From assembly GCA_964234715.1 (NCBI GenBank), contig OZ174281.1: a stretch of DNA of 64,000 nucleotides. One strand, given 5' to 3'. The translations under genes were made by a program, and so were the position numbers. Below, piece by piece: positions 57,916 through 64,000 of this stretch. The stretch comes from Podarcis melisellensis (taxonomy: Eukaryota). A model generated the notes under the pieces. It was not told the DNA's origin and did no database searches. It worked only from the letters and a program-made list of their open reading frames with translations. Numbering within the stretch: position 1 is the first letter of the stretch; each line of letters begins with the position of its first letter.

Positions 57916-58466
57916 TACACACCACACTGGCATAGAAGAGCAGAGATGTGGGTTCCAGCCTGATTGAGTAGTCTCTCTGAAGAAAAGCTACAGTGCAGAA
58001 GGAACTCCCGGTATCTTACCACCTGCTCTAATGGCCACCAATTGCTACTGGAGTGTTCATTCATTATAAGGCACCTCAGCAGCCTCTTTCTGGAGCTGAA
58101 ATGGAGCATGCCCTTGTGCTGCTGATGGGGTGGAGAGGTTTGGTTCTGCTCTTTCTTAGATCTAAAAGATCCACACACTACAATTCCAAGCATGCTTACT
58201 CAGCAATAAATTCCAATGAGTTGAATTTTCTTGGGACTAAGTCCCACTGAACACACAAAAAATTACTTTTTACTTAACTATACATAGACCCTAAGTTTCA
58301 GCCTCTCATCTGGCAAGTGGAATAAAAAACAAGCAGCTAGTGGGTCTTTCCACTAGTGGGTCTTCTCAGAACCTAAACTGTGCCCAAATAGAAGTGGTAT
58401 TGTAATTCTATATTAATAATAATCAGGTCTAGCATTTAGACAGCATAGTTTACTACTAAAACTTAC

Positions 58467-58567
58467 TCAGCAAGTTCTGCTCGGAAACGCCAGTTCCTGC
58501 TGTTATCGGTGACTAAGAATTCCTGAAGCTGGTACAGATATTCCCGCCTTTTATCAGGGTGAAGAAG
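58467..58567 (-). CDS. PPP4R1: PPP4R1 coding exon
   Basis: tccag|CTT...GA|gtaag; LLHPDKRREYLYQLQEFLVTDNSRNWRFRAELAE. Confidence 0.96.
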
Positions 58568-58888
58568 CTGGAAAAATAAAGATGAATGTTTTCAGAACCA
58601 TACAAATTATAGTTGATTGTAGTTTATCAAATTATAGTTGAATATAGTCTATCAAAAAATGAGGCTATTCCAAAATTTCTATGAAATATCCTGGAACAAG
58701 ACAGTAATGCAATATACAATGTGAATGATGGCAGAAATTAAACACATCTTCGGTTTCATCACATGATATCCATCAAGTTTTACTAAATAATAAAAGTTTA
58801 TAAATTTAATTATCTGTCACCACAGAAGTATGCATACAGGGAGGAGGAAAAGGGATGATTATTTTGTATGCATAAAAGGAATATGTAC

Positions 58889-59050
58889 CTTCAGAAAATC
58901 ATGCAGATGCTTAAGCACACCAATTCTGACTTCATCAAGGTCCTTTAAGAAGCCATTGAAGACTGGAACCAGATCACCAGCTGTAAGCTGGTCTCCAAGA
59001 ATGACTGCAAGTTCATGTATAGAAAATGCCAACGTTCTTCGAACTTTCCA
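58889..59050 (-). CDS. PPP4R1: PPP4R1 coding exon (HEAT repeat)
   Basis: cttag|TGG...AAG|gtaca; WKVRRTLAFSIHELAVILGDQLTAGDLVPVFNGFLKDLDEVRIGVLKHLHDFLK. Confidence 0.96.
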
Positions 59051-60128
59051 CTAAGAGGAAACAATGCACAAGGCCAACTTGTTAGCAAATCATACAACTT
59101 ATTCAATGTTAGGGTTAGATTTGTTGCACAGCCAAGAGTACAGCTTGATTTGAAGGCTGGAACAAGACAAAAAGGAGACGTGGTTGCTTCCATGCATCTC
59201 TTCTTTCCTCTGGTGAAGTCTAGTAACATAAAACCCATGTTGGACATCATGGTGCACTGGCAAGTCTACCCTGGCCTAACAAAATTTTCAATGCAATTAA
59301 ATCACATTATGCATTTTTATTTATTGGATATTACTGGAAACAGAGGAGATGTGGGGCTGTTTTCAGCAAAAAGCCAAGCATCTCTCATATCTGGTTCTGC
59401 TACCATGTTACAATTAATCAGTTAACTTACAATCAGTTAACATATTAATGCAGTTACTATTTACTGCTGAGAAAGGGGCTGGAGACGAACTTTTTATTTG
59501 AGTGCTAATATATAAAGATTTATATACCACCCATTCTAGCCCAGATGGAGCCCAGTTGGCTGAGCCAAGCCTAGTAGATCTTAAACCAGCATAAGCCCTG
59601 GAAAAGGGGTGTGACAGGGGCTGGATCCTAAATCTGATCATCTTGGTCATGTAATCTGGCAACCCAGTGTAAATTAAGCCAGTAAACAGGATGGTGTAAC
59701 TCAAATACTATTTTAAAGGCTTACTTTCCCTTTGTCAGCCTTAAGCTGACTTAGCCAGCAACAGCCTTGCTGCTGAATGGAGTTTGGATCTGGAGTAATT
59801 TTATGCCATCTTAATTTACACTGGTTTGCTTTACACTAGCCAACTATGTATAGGATTCCTCCCCTGGAAAGAAAAATATGATAAAGACATGTGCAAATTC
59901 TCCTTCCAGGACACAAGTAGTTACCACCCCTTCCCCTCAGATATCCCTATTCTCAGAAAAAACATCAAGAATGCCATAGTAATGAGAAGCGGCTCAACAT
60001 TTCTGCTTTCCCATTACATTAAGAAGCTCGGACTCGTTTCTGGAAGACTAGAGAAGCCAAAGCATACAATTTCAAATTGCACATTGTATCTAAGTATTTT
60101 CAGGTCTTATAAAGAGCTATAACATTAC

Positions 60129-60314
60129 CTGCATGTCAGAGGCTAACGTCTCATAAGTATCTTTCAGACAGTGCCAGTTCTGTCTACCTAAGGTAAGTGC
60201 CACACCTGGAAGGCTGTAGGCACAGTGCTTTGCAATCTCTGTATCAACAGTCTGAGCTCGAGAGGGATCAGTCATGGATAAATACTGGTCCAGCAAGGCC
60301 TGAGGTACAATGTC
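60129..60314 (-). CDS. PPP4R1: PPP4R1 coding exon
   Basis: tttag|GAC...CAG|gtaat; DIVPQALLDQYLSMTDPSRAQTVDTEIAKHCAYSLPGVALTLGRQNWHCLKDTYETLASDMQ. Confidence 0.97.
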
Positions 60315-61108
60315 CTAAAACACAAAGCAAATGAATTTAAGCGTATGTTCTGAAAAAACTACATCGCCATAAAAAATAATTAATTAAAAATGTTAAGACT
60401 GCAGGGAAAGAGAATGGAAAAGAAAATTCAAGAACTATTTCTTAGGTTATGTTATTCTTCTAATAACCAACTTGTTACAAGTATAAATGGGAACTTTTTA
60501 AGGAGAGCAGGAGCGAAGTTGCTCACCTTTCAGCAGAGCTGATGGAGGGGCCCTGCAGTCCCATCTCCCTCCCTCTCCTGCAGTCCAATAGGACGCCTGC
60601 TGATGACAGTTGAGGGAGAAGCCACAAAATGAGGATGGGAGTCATGTGCTGCCACATGTGCCCTAGGTCCTGAGAGTACAGAGTACAAGGGAAACGGTGA
60701 CTCAGGGCAACGGGATTAGCTACCACCTTGCTGACTATATGGGCTATGATGTTTCTGTTTTGCTTACAGGTGCCTGAAGCCATTAAGGCAAAAGGGAAAC
60801 AGAAAAGCTTGTACCTAGTACAAGCCATCTCTCTCACACACTCACTAGACCGGTGTGCAGTTACTGTAACAGAAATTCTTGCTGACTGCATGTACAGGTC
60901 AGATTTGTCTCAAGGGGACAACAGTAGTCTGAGCGAGGAGGATCAGGTTTCAATTTTAAATTTCGAAGTTCAGAATTCTTTTAAAAAGAGGGAGTAACTT
61001 ACAGTGCACAATTTAAGCAAAGTAAAAATTATACTTACAGGTGTCGGATCATATATTACATGTAAAATTACTTTTAAGTTGTACAAGGAGAAAACTCTTT
61101 AAAAATAC

Positions 61109-61207
61109 CTGAATTTTAGATTTTTTTTCTTCTTCAGGGCTGAAACTACTATTAGTGCTAAAGTCGGAATCATTATGAATATAACGCAGAGCAGATTCTA
61201 CAATGTC
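61109..61207 (-). CDS. PPP4R1: PPP4R1 coding exon
   Basis: cacag|GAC...CAG|gtatt; DIVESALRYIHNDSDFSTNSSFSPEEEKKSKIQ. Confidence 0.92.
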
Positions 61208-61379
61208 CTGTGGTGGAAAGTTAAAAACAACAACTTACAATGCAGGCATACTCTGCAGCACTATCCAATGCATATTTACTCAAAAGTAAATCCAAAGCAT
61301 ATGAAAATGAAGTTACTTGTTTTCTGACATTAACTGACAGGTACTCAAGTGATAAAATTCATAGCAGCCAAATATTTAC

Positions 61380-61555
61380 CTCAGCAGTATCATTGATTAA
61401 AGGCACTGGGTCATCCTGAATGGATGTAAAGCTCAGGTGATCTTTGATGCTCAGCTCATTCTGAGAATCCACTGACTTGCCAATGCCTGCTGTCGTTTCC
61501 TCCTGGGGGTCCAGGCTTGAGGCTCGAAGGGCAGCAGAGAGCACCTCCACTTGTG
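61380..61555 (-). CDS. PPP4R1: PPP4R1 coding exon (most 5' one recognised; the gene continues beyond the window)
   Basis: cacag|CA...GAG|gtaaa; (A)QVEVLSAALRASSLDPQEETTAGIGKSVDSQNELSIKDHLSFTSIQDDPVPLINDTAE. Confidence 0.93.
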
Positions 61556-61960
61556 CTGTGCATGTAAGGAAGGGGGCAAGCAGGTCAAAAACTTGTTCTA
61601 CACCCATTACACAAACATTTCAGTGGTGTAGTAGTACTTCCCCCACACCCTGCTTCATATTCCATTAACACAGCAGTTGAGAACCTCCACTGATGGAAGC
61701 AGAGCCTTTACAGAAATGCCCTGTGGCCATGGAATGATCTTGCTGCTAAGGTGTAAAGTCTTTAAATGGTTTCAGAAAGAATTACAACACACTTCTGGTT
61801 AAGGATGGAATAAATCTGTTAGGTAAACTTTGGGAATACGCAGACTCTGGTTTTATGCTGCATTTTTATTGCTTTTAGTATTTTACCCTGATGATGGCAT
61901 GTAATCTGCTTTGTAAGCTGTTCCGAGCTTATGAAAAAACATCCTAACAATGCTCTAAAT

Positions 61961-62215
61961 CAGGGGTCAGCAAGGTTTATCTTGCCTGCACCGGATTGGT
62001 CCCGTGGAGATCCCTCCGTGGGCCAGAGCGCATGCCCCCGTAATTTCTGGCGTCTGCGCATGCGCGATTTCTGGAGCCGTGGAAGTGAGTCCCCGCGCTG
62101 TGCCGGTTTAGCGCAAAACGCGAGTGGGCAGCTCGGTTTGGGGGCAGCCCGTGGGCCGGTCAAACGACCTTCACGGGCCGCTTCTGGCCCATGGGCCTTA
62201 GGCTGCTGACCCCTG
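61961..62215. mobile_element. hAT MITE, CpG-rich
   Basis: TIRs CAGGGGTCAGCA / TGCTGACCCCTG; TSD ctctaaat / ttctaaat (7 of 8 match). Confidence 0.85.
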
Positions 62216-64000
62216 TTCTAAATGAAAGCTGTACGACAGTGCGAGATGCAGTTCCATTAGGGTTTCCAAGCATGCATACTCAAAGATAAGAGTAAATAGG
62301 TGAACAGGCAGTACACATTTGGAGGCTACCAAGGAAGCCCTTTACTTCTTTCTGCAACCATGTGGACTCTTGCAGCATTATTTGGCCCCTAAAAAAACCA
62401 GGGAGTACTATCTGGCTTCTTACATTGCTAGATATTTCTCTTCCTTCCTAACACTCCCCACATCTTGGTAACCTTCTCATTTTTCCTGCACTTTGGAAAC
62501 AATTCAAGGCATTATTCCTTGTTTTAAGTTCATAATTTCAGAAATCCATCATCTTATGGAGCCACCTAATGCCTTTAAATATGAAATGTTATTTCTTCAA
62601 AATGTGCTGAGAACTGATGTTTCTCAGTTCTATTTAATTTAATTTTGTTTATTGCATTCACATTGTTTATTATATTTTAGTTATAACATAAATGTAAGTA
62701 AAACTGAGAAGCTACAATTCTCTTACATGGCAGTCCTAATTCTTTGGTGTGGATCTGAAAACAAACTTTCAGCCGTCATAAATAGTTTTGAAAATGTGAA
62801 ACAAAAATAACTAAAAAAAGAAACCAAGAATTTATTTGACTTTTAATTTTCATGATTATGTCTTTGGCTGGTATTCAACTAAATTTTACTCAGAGCAGAG
62901 CCAATGAAATTAATGAACCTGACTAAGTTAGGTCCTTTAAATAGGCTCACTCTGACCCCTTGCATCAGCATTTTTCATTTGCTTTCTAAAATCTTGCATA
63001 TTTTGATAGCAACAATGTAGGGGTATATATAGTATTGTCTACTCATAGCTGATTCAAAGACCTGCATGTTCATGATATGCAAATTCTGCTAATTTATACA
63101 TCCAGAGTATTTAAAGTAGTTATGGAGCTTTATCTCATTAGATATTTTCTTCTGTTCTTGTAACTGCACAAATTGACCACCATAGACTATAGGCATCAGT
63201 AGTGGCCAACAGACAAAGTTGACTGTATGGTTCTCCTCCTGCTACACAGTCAGCTGTATTAGTGGTTGTTATATTCCGCAAAGAGCTGAAAGAAGCAATT
63301 CATCCTGGGGAAGCCATTGTTTCTGGCCATTTGCCATTTGAGACAGGGGTCACTGTGTTAGTTATGTTCTGCCTAGGTTTTTAGGCTTTTCAAAAGACTC
63401 GGGGGGGGGGGGAGCAGAATCTTCTTTTGAAGAAACCAAACAAAGCTTCAGTGTTAAATATGCAACTATAAGAACCGAGACACTGGGAACTAACTGGTGA
63501 CTGAATTAGGATTTGCTAGGCACAACTAAGCAAGTTTTGGTGACATGAAATGCATGTAGCCATATAATGAATAATAAAAGCATCCATATAATAACAGTAA
63601 TGATAACATACTCTGAATGCTTAACTATTTCTCTATTCACTACTTTATTCATTCTTGTGACATCCTTAAAGAGATGCCAATTTTATTATCTCCAATTTGA
63701 GGGGAATGGGGAAGGAAAGGAGAGACAGAGAAACTTGCCAAAGGCTGTCTAGTGTCACAGTGGGCAGAAGTTAGATCTAGATCTACTTGTACATGCTTAG
63801 CAGTAGATTGGCATGGGCTTCTGATTCCCAATTGCGTGTGAATAAAAGCAACAAACTGATACCTCTCCCTGCCACCCTAAATTATACTGCTGAAATGTAG
63901 AAAGCTTGGGGTAACCCAAATTAGAGTTTTGTGTGAAAGATTGTGAGCTCCATTCAGGATGCCTAGGCCCCAAATTATTTTATGTGCCTGCCTCGTGCAC

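Noticed and set aside
61556-64000. Further upstream PPP4R1 exon (expected to end ...DDPDVK)
   Set aside because: Not found by eye in this interval; it probably lies beyond the window.

Overview
Eukaryotic (vertebrate) genomic DNA, very likely a squamate and probably a lacertid lizard, judging by the SINE and MITE content. It corresponds to human 18p11.22. Three spliced genes were rebuilt by hand with consistent GT-AG sites and reading frames: (1) the last 9 coding exons of ANKRD12 (+, 1729-18761, including a 4.6-kb exon); (2) a complete RALBP1 CDS (+, CpG-island promoter ~24.55-25.3 kb, CDS 30759-49811, 9 coding exons, 663 aa); (3) the last 9 coding exons of PPP4R1 (-, 61555-55026), tail-to-tail with RALBP1. 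TWSG1, which lies between ANKRD12 and RALBP1 in human, is not visible, and only ~4.5 kb separates the two genes. Introns carry many transposable elements: Squam3-like SINEs, Tc2/pogo-like MITEs with GC-rich hairpin or minisatellite cargo, hAT MITEs, an IR/DR-type Tc1 relic, and L1/L2/CR1 fragments. A Penelope-like insertion carries a minimal hammerhead ribozyme on the sense strand of an ANKRD12 intron. Candidate regulatory features: a strong-Kozak 3-codon uORF in RALBP1, an 11-nt let-7 match in the distal PPP4R1 3' region, facing poly(A) signals, tandem Pumilio elements, and a possible PPP4R1 poison exon. Nearly all short ORFs in the supplied track are spurious. Repeat family names come from recall, not database searches.
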